Origin: a bacterium
Lineage (GTDB): Bacteria; Spirochaetota; Spirochaetia; Sphaerochaetales; Sphaerochaetaceae
DNA: 64,000 bases
Direction of reading: 5' to 3'
Assembly (NCBI GenBank): GCA_963649615.1
Contig: CAVJIN010000001.1
Coordinates: 12,307-76,306 of the forward strand
The notes below the pieces were generated by a model, which saw only the letters and a list, made by a program, of their open reading frames with translations, ran no database searches and was not told the origin of the DNA. Below, one piece after another: positions 56,489 to 64,000 of the stretch (its first letter is position 1; the number at the start of each line of letters is the position of its first letter). Position numbers and translations under genes: made by a program.

Positions 56489-56959
56489 ATGGTTGAAAGA
56501 ACTTTTATTGCAATTAAACCAGATGCAGTTCAAAGGGGACTCATTGGAAAAATAATAGCCCGAATTGAGGATAAAGGGTATAAAATTGTGGCATTAAAGA
56601 TGCTTCAGGTATCTGATGAGCAAGCAGCAAAGCATTATGCTGAACATTTTGGAAAACCTTTTTATCCAACTCTCGTGAAATTTATTACCAGTGCTCCTAT
56701 TATTGCTATGGTAATAGAAGGAGAAGATGTCATTCTAGGAATGCGTCAAATAATGGGAAAAACTAATCCCTCAAATGCAGAAGTAGGAACTATTAGAGGA
56801 GATTTTTCTCCAGAGATGAGTTTTAACATTATTCACGGCTCGGACAGCCCGGAGAGTGCAAAAAGAGAAATAGACATTTACTTTAAAGATGAGGAAATAT
56901 GTGATAAATGGCAAACCTCTTTTGAGATTCTAAAAAATAATATGTCAAAGCAATCATAA
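56489..56959 (+). CDS. ndk: Nucleoside-diphosphate kinase
   Basis: [18 protein letters not shown] and the active-site NIIHGSDS. Confidence 0.9.
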   Translation: MVERTFIAIKPDAVQRGLIGKIIARIEDKGYKIVALKMLQVSDEQAAKHYAEHFGKPFYPTLVKFITSAPIIAMVIEGEDVILGMRQIMGKTNPSNAEVGTIRGDFSPEMSFNIIHGSDSPESAKREIDIYFKDEEICDKWQTSFEILKNNMSKQS

Positions 56960-56981
56960 GTAGTATTCCCTGATGGAGCCC

Positions 56982-57010
56982 TTGACCAAAATTGTGCATA
57001 AATTTATACT
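56982..57010 (+). promoter_or_regulatory. Sigma-70-type promoter for rpmH-rnpA-yidC-jag
   Basis: TTGACC, a 17-nt spacer, then TATACT, about 70 nt upstream of rpmH. Confidence 0.55.
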
Positions 57011-57078
57011 CAAGTGCTCAGTAAATACACTAGCGTTAATGAAAATCCCGCTTTAAGCGATATATATGGAGATATACC

Positions 57079-57246
57079 ATGAGTTACAAAGGCAAAAGAA
57101 CATACCAGCCAAGTAAGGTCAAAAGAAACAGAAAGTTTGGATTCAGAGCACGTATGGCAACCAAGGGTGGTCGTCTTGTTTTAGCAAGAAGAAGAGCTAA
57201 GGGCAGACATAGTCTTTCCGTCTGTGATGAAAAGAAGCCTTACTAA
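57079..57246 (+). CDS. rpmH: 50S ribosomal protein L34 (55 aa, slightly extended C-terminus)
   Basis: [38 protein letters not shown] matches L34. It falls below the track's length cutoff. GGAGA is the RBS. Confidence 0.85.
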   Translation: MSYKGKRTYQPSKVKRNRKFGFRARMATKGGRLVLARRRAKGRHSLSVCDEKKPY

Positions 57247-57574
57247 AAAACAGATAATCAGATTTAAAGCAGATATTGACAATATATTCAAAGCGGGAAA
57301 AAGATATTCTCTTTCCTGCTTTAAGTTATATGTAGTAGAGAATAATTTAGACTACAGCAGAATAATTGTCATTCCTGCTAAACATTATGGCAATTCAGTC
57401 CAAAGAAACCTAATTAGAAGACAAATTAAAGAGATTTGGAGACTAAAGCAGGACAAAATAAAAAAAGGACTTGATATGGCCATTGTTGTATATCCTGGCA
57501 AAGACTTGGCTTATGAAGAAAAAGAAAATACATTGCTTAATCTCTTTGTAAAAAGCAGCTCCCTAGAAGCCTAG
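57227..57574 (+). CDS. rnpA: Ribonuclease P protein component
   Basis: Basic 115-aa protein with the RNR-like motif NLIRRQIKE. The start overlaps the rpmH 3' end by 20 nt. Confidence 0.85.
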   Translation: MKRSLTKKQIIRFKADIDNIFKAGKRYSLSCFKLYVVENNLDYSRIIVIPAKHYGNSVQRNLIRRQIKEIWRLKQDKIKKGLDMAIVVYPGKDLAYEEKENTLLNLFVKSSSLEA

Positions 57575-57627
57575 AGGGCTGATTTTTTCATAACTATAGT
57601 TCTTTTGCCTCCGATTTAGATTTTCAG

Positions 57628-57644
57628 GAGGTTTTAAAAACCTC
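57628..57644. repeat. GAGGTTTT-A-AAAACCTC hairpin (family copy g)
   Basis: Perfect 8-bp arms 14 nt upstream of the yidC ATG. A second SD (AGGAG) follows it. Confidence 0.6.
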
Positions 57645-57657
57645 GCAGGAGCCTATT

Positions 57658-59481
57658 ATGGATGGGAAATCAATATTAGCGGTAGTCCTTTGTGTTGTTG
57701 TTATTTTTGTAAGTATGTTTATCCAAACAACATTCTTCTCAACACCAACTACCACAAGTGATTCTGATACAGTTCAGACCTCAGAGGTTGCAAACCAGCA
57801 GAAAGACGCATTAGAAATTACGCCGGTTGCAGACAACAACTCTACAGACACCTTTATTTATGAGACCGATGTTTTTGAAATAACTTTTGATCCAGTTGGT
57901 GCAAGTATTAAATCTTTGATTATGAAGGATCACGCTAATGCAGATGGTCAACATGTTGACCTTATTTTTAAAGGGGAAAACGATCATAATGCCTTCCTTA
58001 TGTATTGGGGCGATGATTTAACAAAACCAATTCTTGATACATATGCTTATGTTATTGATGGTTCAAAAATTGTCTTTACACATGATTATACAGATGAAAA
58101 TGGAAAAGCTTTCACTGTACAAAAAACTTTTGAGTTTAAGGATGGTGAATATCTTTTTGCTGTTTCTGTTGATCTTATTGGAGATTCTTCATTTGAAGGT
58201 CTTTCAGACGGTGATTATGCTTATACAATTGCATATGAACCACAAGTTGGTCCTTCATTTACACAAATGAAGAATAATAACTACGACTACAGAAGATTTT
58301 ACGTTAATAAATATAAAGAAAACGGAAAAACAAAGAAAACTAGTTATACAGGGGACTTTGAAACTACAGAAAAAGTAAAGTGGATAAGCCTTACAAGTAA
58401 GTATTTCACAGTTATTGCTGCTCCAGAAAGTAATGTTTCTTACAAGTACACTGGAAAACAAAGCAAAGATGGTGATATTGATCAAACAAACAGTATTTAT
58501 CTATCTAGACCAGCCACAGATGCATCCTCAAGTGACACCGTTTATTTCTACTGTGGCCCACAGCTTAAGAAATATCTTGGTTCTTACTACAGTGGAACAG
58601 ACAATGCATGGGGTATAAGAGATCTCAACTTAGATGATGCAATGGAAAGTGGTTCTTGGTTAGGTTGGCTTGAGACTATTCTTAAATGGATGCTTAACAT
58701 CCTTTATAAGATTATTCCAAACTATGGCGTTGGTATTATTCTTCTTACTATTATTCTTAAGCTCATTTTGTGGCCACTTTCAAAGAAAAGTACACAGTCC
58801 ACAGCTAAAATGGCGGCTTTAAATCCACAAATAGAAGAATTAAAAGTTAAATATAAAGATAATCCACAGAAATTAAATCAAGAAACAGCGGATCTTTATA
58901 AGAAAGAAGGTATAAATCCAATGGGAGGATGTTTACCGTTACTTATTCAATTTCCAATCCTTATTGCTTTCTACGGTTTGTTAAATAAGCACTTTGAACT
59001 TAGAGGTGCAATGTTTATTCCTGGTTGGATTTCAGACCTTTCTGTTCCAGAGACAATAGCAACACTTAGTTTTAACATTCCATTGTTAGGATCAGAGATT
59101 CACCTTTTGCCTATCCTTTATACAGTAAGTATGATTTTCTCAATGAAGATGGCGAATGGGCAATCTAAGAACACTGCACAAGGAGGAACAATGGCGTTCA
59201 TGACTTATGGAATGCCAATACTCTTCTTCTTCATTCTTTACAGTGCACCATCTGGCCTTTTATTATACTGGACTGTAAGTAATTTGCTTTCAATAGGACA
59301 ACAGATTTATGTAAATAAGGTTGTAAAGAATAAACCTGTACAAGAGGAAAAGAAAGAAGTTAAAGTTCCTGAAGCTGTAAGAAAATATCAGGAAAAATTA
59401 AAGAAAATTGAGGAAGAAAAAGCTAGAGCTGAGAAAGAAGCTTCCAAAAATGCAAAGAAGAATAATAAACAGGGGAAATAA
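57658..59481 (+). CDS. yidC: Membrane protein insertase YidC (long form with a periplasmic domain)
   Basis: N-terminal TM, a large periplasmic domain, then the conserved core NYGVGIILLTIILKL...PL, MGGCLPLLIQ.P, and a Lys-rich tail. Confidence 0.9.
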   Translation: MDGKSILAVVLCVVVIFVSMFIQTTFFSTPTTTSDSDTVQTSEVANQQKDALEITPVADNNSTDTFIYETDVFEITFDPVGASIKSLIMKDHANADGQHVDLIFKGENDHNAFLMYWGDDLTKPILDTYAYVIDGSKIVFTHDYTDENGKAFTVQKTFEFKDGEYLFAVSVDLIGDSSFEGLSDGDYAYTIAYEPQVGPSFTQMKNNNYDYRRFYVNKYKENGKTKKTSYTGDFETTEKVKWISLTSKYFTVIAAPESNVSYKYTGKQSKDGDIDQTNSIYLSRPATDASSSDTVYFYCGPQLKKYLGSYYSGTDNAWGIRDLNLDDAMESGSWLGWLETILKWMLNILYKIIPNYGVGIILLTIILKLILWPLSKKSTQSTAKMAALNPQIEELKVKYKDNPQKLNQETADLYKKEGINPMGGCLPLLIQFPILIAFYGLLNKHFELRGAMFIPGWISDLSVPETIATLSFNIPLLGSEIHLLPILYTVSMIFSMKMANGQSKNTAQGGTMAFMTYGMPILFFFILYSAPSGLLLYWTVSNLLSIGQQIYVNKVVKNKPVQEEKKEVKVPEAVRKYQEKLKKIEEEKARAEKEASKNAKKNNKQGK

Positions 59482-59482
59482 A

Positions 59483-60223
59483 ATGACAAGAGATTTTGAA
59501 GGTAAAACAGAACAAGAAGCCATTAATAAGGCTGTAGAAGAACTTCATATTGAAAGAGAAGATTTTGATGTTGAGATTCTTGATAATGGCAGGAGAGGAC
59601 TTTTTAAGAAGGCTAACGTTAAGATTAGAGTGCACATTGATACAGATGAAGAACCGGAGCAAGAACTTCCTGAAATGAATGAAACAGAAGTTGAAGAAAG
59701 CGAAAGCTATCTTCCAGAAGAGGCAGAGGAAGAGGAAGAAGAAATTACTCTTGAACCAAACGAAGAGCTTGAATCTCAAGTTTGTGCCTTCCTTAAAGGC
59801 GTTATTGAGCACATGGGATACGAAGCCGAGGTAAATGTTGCTTCAAGGACAGGACGAAAGGTAAATATCACAATTGAAAGTGCTGATTCTAATATTATTA
59901 TTGGAAGAAAAGGAAAGAACCTTGATGCTCTTCAAGTTCTTGCCAACGTCTTTGCTGGCAAAATTGATTCAGAAAGAAAGATTATTGTTGATTCAGAAGA
60001 TTACAGAGTTAGACATGAGGAGCAAATTATTAAAAATGCATATAAGGTTGCTCAGATTGTAAGAAAAACAGGAAGATCTCATCTTCTTGAACCAATGAAT
60101 CCGTATGAAAGAAGGCTCGTTCATACCGCTTTAAATGACGTTACTGGTATTGAAACAAAGAGTGAGGGAGAAGGCCTCTATAAACAGGTTAGAATTATCA
60201 GTAAAAGAAAGAGATATCACTAA
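59483..60223 (+). CDS. jag: Jag/KhpB RNA-binding protein (Jag_N, KH, R3H)
   Basis: N-terminal FEGKTEQEAINKAVEEL, an acidic linker, a KH region (IIGRKGKNLDALQ), and R3H (ERRLVHTAL). ATG at 59483 with an AGGGGA RBS. Confidence 0.85.
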   Translation: MTRDFEGKTEQEAINKAVEELHIEREDFDVEILDNGRRGLFKKANVKIRVHIDTDEEPEQELPEMNETEVEESESYLPEEAEEEEEEITLEPNEELESQVCAFLKGVIEHMGYEAEVNVASRTGRKVNITIESADSNIIIGRKGKNLDALQVLANVFAGKIDSERKIIVDSEDYRVRHEEQIIKNAYKVAQIVRKTGRSHLLEPMNPYERRLVHTALNDVTGIETKSEGEGLYKQVRIISKRKRYH

Positions 60224-60243
60224 AAAGTTTAAATTTTATATCT

Positions 60244-60263
60244 AGAGGGCCTTTTGGCCCTCT
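60244..60263 (+). terminator. Terminator hairpin AGAGGGCC-TTTT-GGCCCTCT
   Basis: 8-bp GC-rich stem after the jag stop, followed by CTTTGT. It sits between convergent genes. Confidence 0.6.
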
Positions 60264-60278
60264 CTTTGTATAAGGGTT

Positions 60279-61271
60279 CTACAGCAAGATTTTTTTCTCA
60301 AGAAGGGCTCTAAGTTCTGTTGCTTTTTCTTGAGAGAATTGAGCTCCAGTTTGTTTTATTATTTGCCCAGCAAGAGTTGATGCAATTAGACCACTTTCAT
60401 TAATATCAAGACCTTTACATTGTCCATAAAGGAACCCGGCAGCATAGGTGTCTCCTGCTCCTGTTGTATCAACAGGAGTTTCTGGACCCATAACGGGAAT
60501 TTCATAAATATTTCTCTTGTGGCTTATAAAAGAGCCCTTCTTGCCGTTTTTGACAATGGCTGTCTCACATAGTTTACCCATGCTCTTGCAACATTCATAA
60601 GGGTCATAGTTATCAAATAACATGCGAGCTTCTTCTTTGTTTGCAAAAACAATGTCACAGTTTTCTTTAATGAGCTCTAAGAAAGAATCCCTATATCTTC
60701 CAACAGCAAAAGGATCTGCAATATCAAATGATATTTGTACTCCATTTGCCTTTGCTATTTTGATTGCTTTCCTTATGGCTGATTTTTGGCCTTCCGTATC
60801 CCACATATATCCTGTGAAATGAAAAAAAGAGGCTTTTTTTACTTCTTCTTCACAGACATCATCTTCAATATAGTCTCTATTTGCACCTAAATAGGTGTTC
60901 ATGGTCCTCTCTGAGTCTGGTGTTATTAGGATAATGGAAGATCCTGTAACGTTTGAAGAAACGGCAAGATTATCTTTTACTCCTAAAGAAGCGAGACGTT
61001 CTTTATATATGGTTCCGTACTCATCTTGACCAACTTTACCCCCTAATGTGGTTTCTATCCCCATAGAAGCAAGAGTGATGACGGTATTAGGACATGAGCC
61101 CCCGCAAGAAAAGCGAGGCTCTTTCTTTGTTTTGATAAAATCAGTTAGCTCTAGCCTCTTTTCAAGAGTTATGAGATTCATAGTGCCCTTATAGAGGCCA
61201 AGCTTTTCTAAATCTTTATCTTCAACATTGACTATAACATCAATTAATGGATTGCCAATTCCGTAAACCAT
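60279..61271 (-). CDS. PfkB-family kinase, adenosine-kinase-like
   Basis: GNPLIDV N-terminus, CGGS, and the C-terminal DTTGAGDTYAAGFLYG motif. Confidence 0.65.
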   Translation of the reverse strand: MVYGIGNPLIDVIVNVEDKDLEKLGLYKGTMNLITLEKRLELTDFIKTKKEPRFSCGGSCPNTVITLASMGIETTLGGKVGQDEYGTIYKERLASLGVKDNLAVSSNVTGSSIILITPDSERTMNTYLGANRDYIEDDVCEEEVKKASFFHFTGYMWDTEGQKSAIRKAIKIAKANGVQISFDIADPFAVGRYRDSFLELIKENCDIVFANKEEARMLFDNYDPYECCKSMGKLCETAIVKNGKKGSFISHKRNIYEIPVMGPETPVDTTGAGDTYAAGFLYGQCKGLDINESGLIASTLAGQIIKQTGAQFSQEKATELRALLEKKILL

Positions 61272-61302
61272 ATGATTAGTGTAACCCTTTGTGGCTTACA
61301 GT

Positions 61303-62949
61303 TCAATTAAAATTGACAATACAAGGATCGTAACCTTCTGGAGCTTCATAGCCCAAAAGCTCAATACACGTTGTTGCTATGCTACTTATTCCAAGTCCTT
61401 GAGCTAGTTCTGTTGAATATTCACCATTGTAGCAAGGGTCAAAGAGAATGCAGGGAACAGGATTTAAGCTGTGGCTGGTTTTTGCTTTTGGTTCACCATT
61501 GGTTTTTAGCATTGGTTCTCCTTTTTTGTTATGCTCAATCATGTCATCGGCATTGCCATGGTCAGCTGTGATGAGGAGGATGCCACCTGCTTTACGTACA
61601 GCTTCTTCAATTCTACCAATTTGCAGATCTAGACCTTCCATGGAGCAGACAACTGCCTCAAAGACGCCTGTGTGGCCAACCATATCGCCATTGGGGAAAT
61701 TCATTTTGATGAAGTCCCATTTTCCACTCTCAATTTCTGAGATAACTCTGTCTGCAATCTCGGCACATTTCATCCAAGGACGCTGTTCAAAAGGAACAAT
61801 GTCTGAAGGAATTTCTACATATTCTTCAAGATTTTCGTCAAATTTGCCACTTTTGTTTCCATTGAAGAAGTAGGTGACATGCCCAAATTTCTGAGTTTCT
61901 GAAATTGAGAATTGTTTTACACCGCAGGCGCAAAGATATTCTGCCATAGTCCTGTCAATTGCAGGAGGATCTACTAAATACTGTCTAGGAACATGGAGGT
62001 CTCCGTCATATTCCATCATGCCAGCATATTCAACCTGTGGAACACGCTTTCTATCGAATTCTTTAAGGTCTTTAGCTTCAAAGGCTTTTGTAATCTCAAG
62101 CGCTCTGTCTCCTCTAAAGTTGAACAAGATTACGCTGTCATGATCTTCAATTGTTCCAACAGGCTTTCCATCTTTTGCTATAACAAAAGGAGGAAGGTCT
62201 TGGTCAATAGCGCCTGTTTCATTTCTTAAGGTTGTGATTGCATCATGGGCGGTATGGAAATAACGGCCTTCTCCAAGAACGTGAGTTTCCCAACCTTTTC
62301 TAACCATGTCCCAATTTGCGTTATAACGGTCCATTGTGATAACCATTCTTCCGCCACCAGAGGCTATTTTTGCATCAAATTCATCCGTAGAAAGGTCTTC
62401 AAGGAATTTCTCAAATGGATCAAAGTAATCAAGCGCAGAGGTTTCTCCAACGTCTCTTCCGTCAAGAAGGGCGTGGACTCTAACCTTTTTTACTCCCTCT
62501 TTCTTTGCCTCTGTAATCATGTCCATGAGGTTTTTAATGTGGCTGTGAACATTGCCATCGCTTAGAAGACCAATAAAATGAAGAGTGGAGTTATTGTCTC
62601 TTACGTTAGCAATTAACTTTTTCCATGTTGATCCTTGGAACATTAAGCCACTTTCAATTGAAGAGGCTACAAGTTTTGCTCCTTGAGCAAAAACTCTCCC
62701 ACAGCCCATTGCATTATGTCCTACTTCCGAGTTTCCCATGTCTGCATCTGAAGGAAGGCCTACCGCAGTTCCGTGAGCTTTGAGTTTGGTCCATGGACAG
62801 GTTTTCATGAGTTTGTCCAAGTTTTTTGTCATTGCTTGTTTGACAGCATCGCCGTCTTCATACTTTCCAAAGCCAACGCCATCCATTATGAGAAGAACAA
62901 CGGGTCCATTCCTCTTAATTTTTCCTGTTTTAGCAAGTTTTTCAACCAT
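61303..62949 (-). CDS. gpmI: 2,3-bisphosphoglycerate-independent phosphoglycerate mutase (long, plant/kinetoplastid-like subtype)
   Basis: MGNSEVGHNAMGCGRVFAQGAKLV, LLSDGNVHSH, ASGGGRM, FPNGDMVGHTG and TADHGNADDM. Length 548 aa. Confidence 0.9.
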   Translation of the reverse strand: MVEKLAKTGKIKRNGPVVLLIMDGVGFGKYEDGDAVKQAMTKNLDKLMKTCPWTKLKAHGTAVGLPSDADMGNSEVGHNAMGCGRVFAQGAKLVASSIESGLMFQGSTWKKLIANVRDNNSTLHFIGLLSDGNVHSHIKNLMDMITEAKKEGVKKVRVHALLDGRDVGETSALDYFDPFEKFLEDLSTDEFDAKIASGGGRMVITMDRYNANWDMVRKGWETHVLGEGRYFHTAHDAITTLRNETGAIDQDLPPFVIAKDGKPVGTIEDHDSVILFNFRGDRALEITKAFEAKDLKEFDRKRVPQVEYAGMMEYDGDLHVPRQYLVDPPAIDRTMAEYLCACGVKQFSISETQKFGHVTYFFNGNKSGKFDENLEEYVEIPSDIVPFEQRPWMKCAEIADRVISEIESGKWDFIKMNFPNGDMVGHTGVFEAVVCSMEGLDLQIGRIEEAVRKAGGILLITADHGNADDMIEHNKKGEPMLKTNGEPKAKTSHSLNPVPCILFDPCYNGEYSTELAQGLGISSIATTCIELLGYEAPEGYDPCIVNFN

Positions 62950-62964
62950 TTTATTATCCTTTTA

Positions 62965-62983
62965 GAGGTATTAAAAAAACCTC
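62965..62983. repeat. GAGGT-ATTAAAAAA-ACCTC hairpin (family copy h, imperfect)
   Basis: The minus strand reads GAGGTTTTTTTAATACCTC, 16 nt upstream of the gpmI ATG. Confidence 0.45.
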
Positions 62984-63038
62984 GTAATCATTTTAAGTAT
63001 AGTGTTTATAACACCTAACGTACAGAATTTAAACCTTT

Positions 63039-64000
63039 TTAAAGAGGTTTTGTTGCTTCTTTGAGGTAGTCTAGAGAACTTTCATCCACCAAATCACAAA
63101 GAACATCGTAGACCCACTGATGATAATCATTAATCATTTCAATTTCTGACTCTGTCAGAAGATCTTTACAGATGAGATCTCTTTCATAAGGACAGGCTGT
63201 TAATGTCTCAAAAGTGTAGAATTCTCCAAATTCTGTAGTCATTGCTTCTGTTACGGCTATCAAATTCTCAATTCTAATGCCATGTCTGCCTTCTTTGTAT
63301 AAACCCGGTTCATCACTTACAATCATTCCTTTTTCTAGTGCAACTGGGCGATCTTTACCAAAATTTGCAGATATTCTTTGAGGTCCTTCATGAACACTTA
63401 GTCTAAAACCAACCCCATGACCTGTTCCATGGAAGTAATTCATGCCTCTCTGCCACAAATATTGATGAGCAAGAATGTCTAACTGCACACCCGTGGTTCC
63501 TTTTGGGAAAACTTGTGAACACAAGGCTAAATGACCTTTGAGAACGAGGGTGTAATCTTCTTTTTGTTCTTGCGTGGCTTTTCCAAAGAGAAGGGTTCTT
63601 GTGATATCGGTGGTTCCGCAGGTATATTGGCCACCAGAATCCAAAACCAAGAGTCCATTTCCAGTTATTGGTTTATCTGTTTCCTCTGTTGCTGAGTAAT
63701 GGACAACTGCACCGTGATCTCCAAAACCAGCAATAGTTGAGAAAGAGGGACCTAAGTACTCTTCTTCTGCAGCACGTTCGTCTTCTAGTGCTTGAGAAAT
63801 TGTTAATTCTGTGAAATCGTACTCGTTTCTTTTTACTGTTGCTAAGAAATTAACAAGAGCAACTCCATCAAGGATGTGTGCAACTCTCATTCCTTCTAGT
63901 TCTGCTTCGTTCTTGCAGGCTTTAAAGGAAGTGGAATACTCAAGACCTTCTGTGATTTTTACGTCTTTTGCCTTATCAATGGCATTTTTAAGTTTCATGT
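63039..64000 (-). CDS. Xaa-Pro aminopeptidase (M24B) with the N-terminal part beyond the window edge
   Basis: Pita-bread catalytic domain with DSGGQY, the D/D/H/E/E metal-ligand context (HGTGHGVG, VSDEPG, IRIEN). The frame is open to the window end, so the ATG at 63998 is probably internal. Confidence 0.8.
   Translation of the reverse strand, partial: MKLKNAIDKAKDVKITEGLEYSTSFKACKNEAELEGMRVAHILDGVALVNFLATVKRNEYDFTELTISQALEDERAAEEEYLGPSFSTIAGFGDHGAVVHYSATEETDKPITGNGLLVLDSGGQYTCGTTDITRTLLFGKATQEQKEDYTLVLKGHLALCSQVFPKGTTGVQLDILAHQYLWQRGMNYFHGTGHGVGFRLSVHEGPQRISANFGKDRPVALEKGMIVSDEPGLYKEGRHGIRIENLIAVTEAMTTEFGEFYTFETLTACPYERDLICKDLLTESEIEMINDYHQWVYDVLCDLVDESSLDYLKEATKPL

Noticed and set aside
63031-63050. 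AAACCT-N8-AGGTTT hairpin at the aminopeptidase stop as a member of the GAGGTTTT family
   Set aside because: The arm polarity is reversed (AAACCT first) and the arms are shorter. It overlaps the stop codon and is probably an ordinary weak terminator stem.

Overview
This window looks like the replication-origin neighbourhood of an AT-rich chromosome. All product calls come from reading the translations and motifs by eye; no database search was run. The taxon is an inference: gene order and gene content suggest a spirochete, Treponema-like.

The core is gyrA-gyrB on the minus strand diverging from dnaA-dnaN-recF-DUF721(DciA-like)-ndk-rpmH-rnpA-yidC-jag on the plus strand. parA/parB and a perfect parS site lie just to the left. 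Genes on either side of the dnaA region mostly point away from it. The rest is mainly housekeeping:
- aspS, proS, a split transketolase, gpmI, dnaX-ybaB-recR, radA, lspA, rsmI, nagA, pepD, ygiQ and add
- two tRNA-Ser genes bracketing a 4.5S/SRP RNA that the ORF track cannot show

I saw no prophage, IS element, CRISPR array or classical defence island. The most system-like content, in order of interest:
1. A phage-shock module: a receiver-less sigma-54 activator (PspF-type) sits between pspC-pspA and a second pspA. Each pspA has a near-consensus -24/-12 promoter. The same 13-bp palindrome, GGTAAA-W-TTTACC, lies about 110 bp upstream of both promoters.
2. A recurrent intergenic hairpin family, GAGGTTTT-loop-AAAACCTC. 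It occurs at eight or more sites, mostly 10-40 nt upstream of start codons.
3. A translationally coupled pair of unknown genes, one carrying a duplicated CxxC...CxxH module.
4. Decay or rearrangement scars: a catalytic-triad-dead esterase paralog, an internally deleted PIN toxin beside an intact RelB/DinJ antitoxin, and a 5'-truncated ABC binding-protein gene abutting dnaX.
5. A hypB-hypA-traB cluster with no hydrogenase in view.
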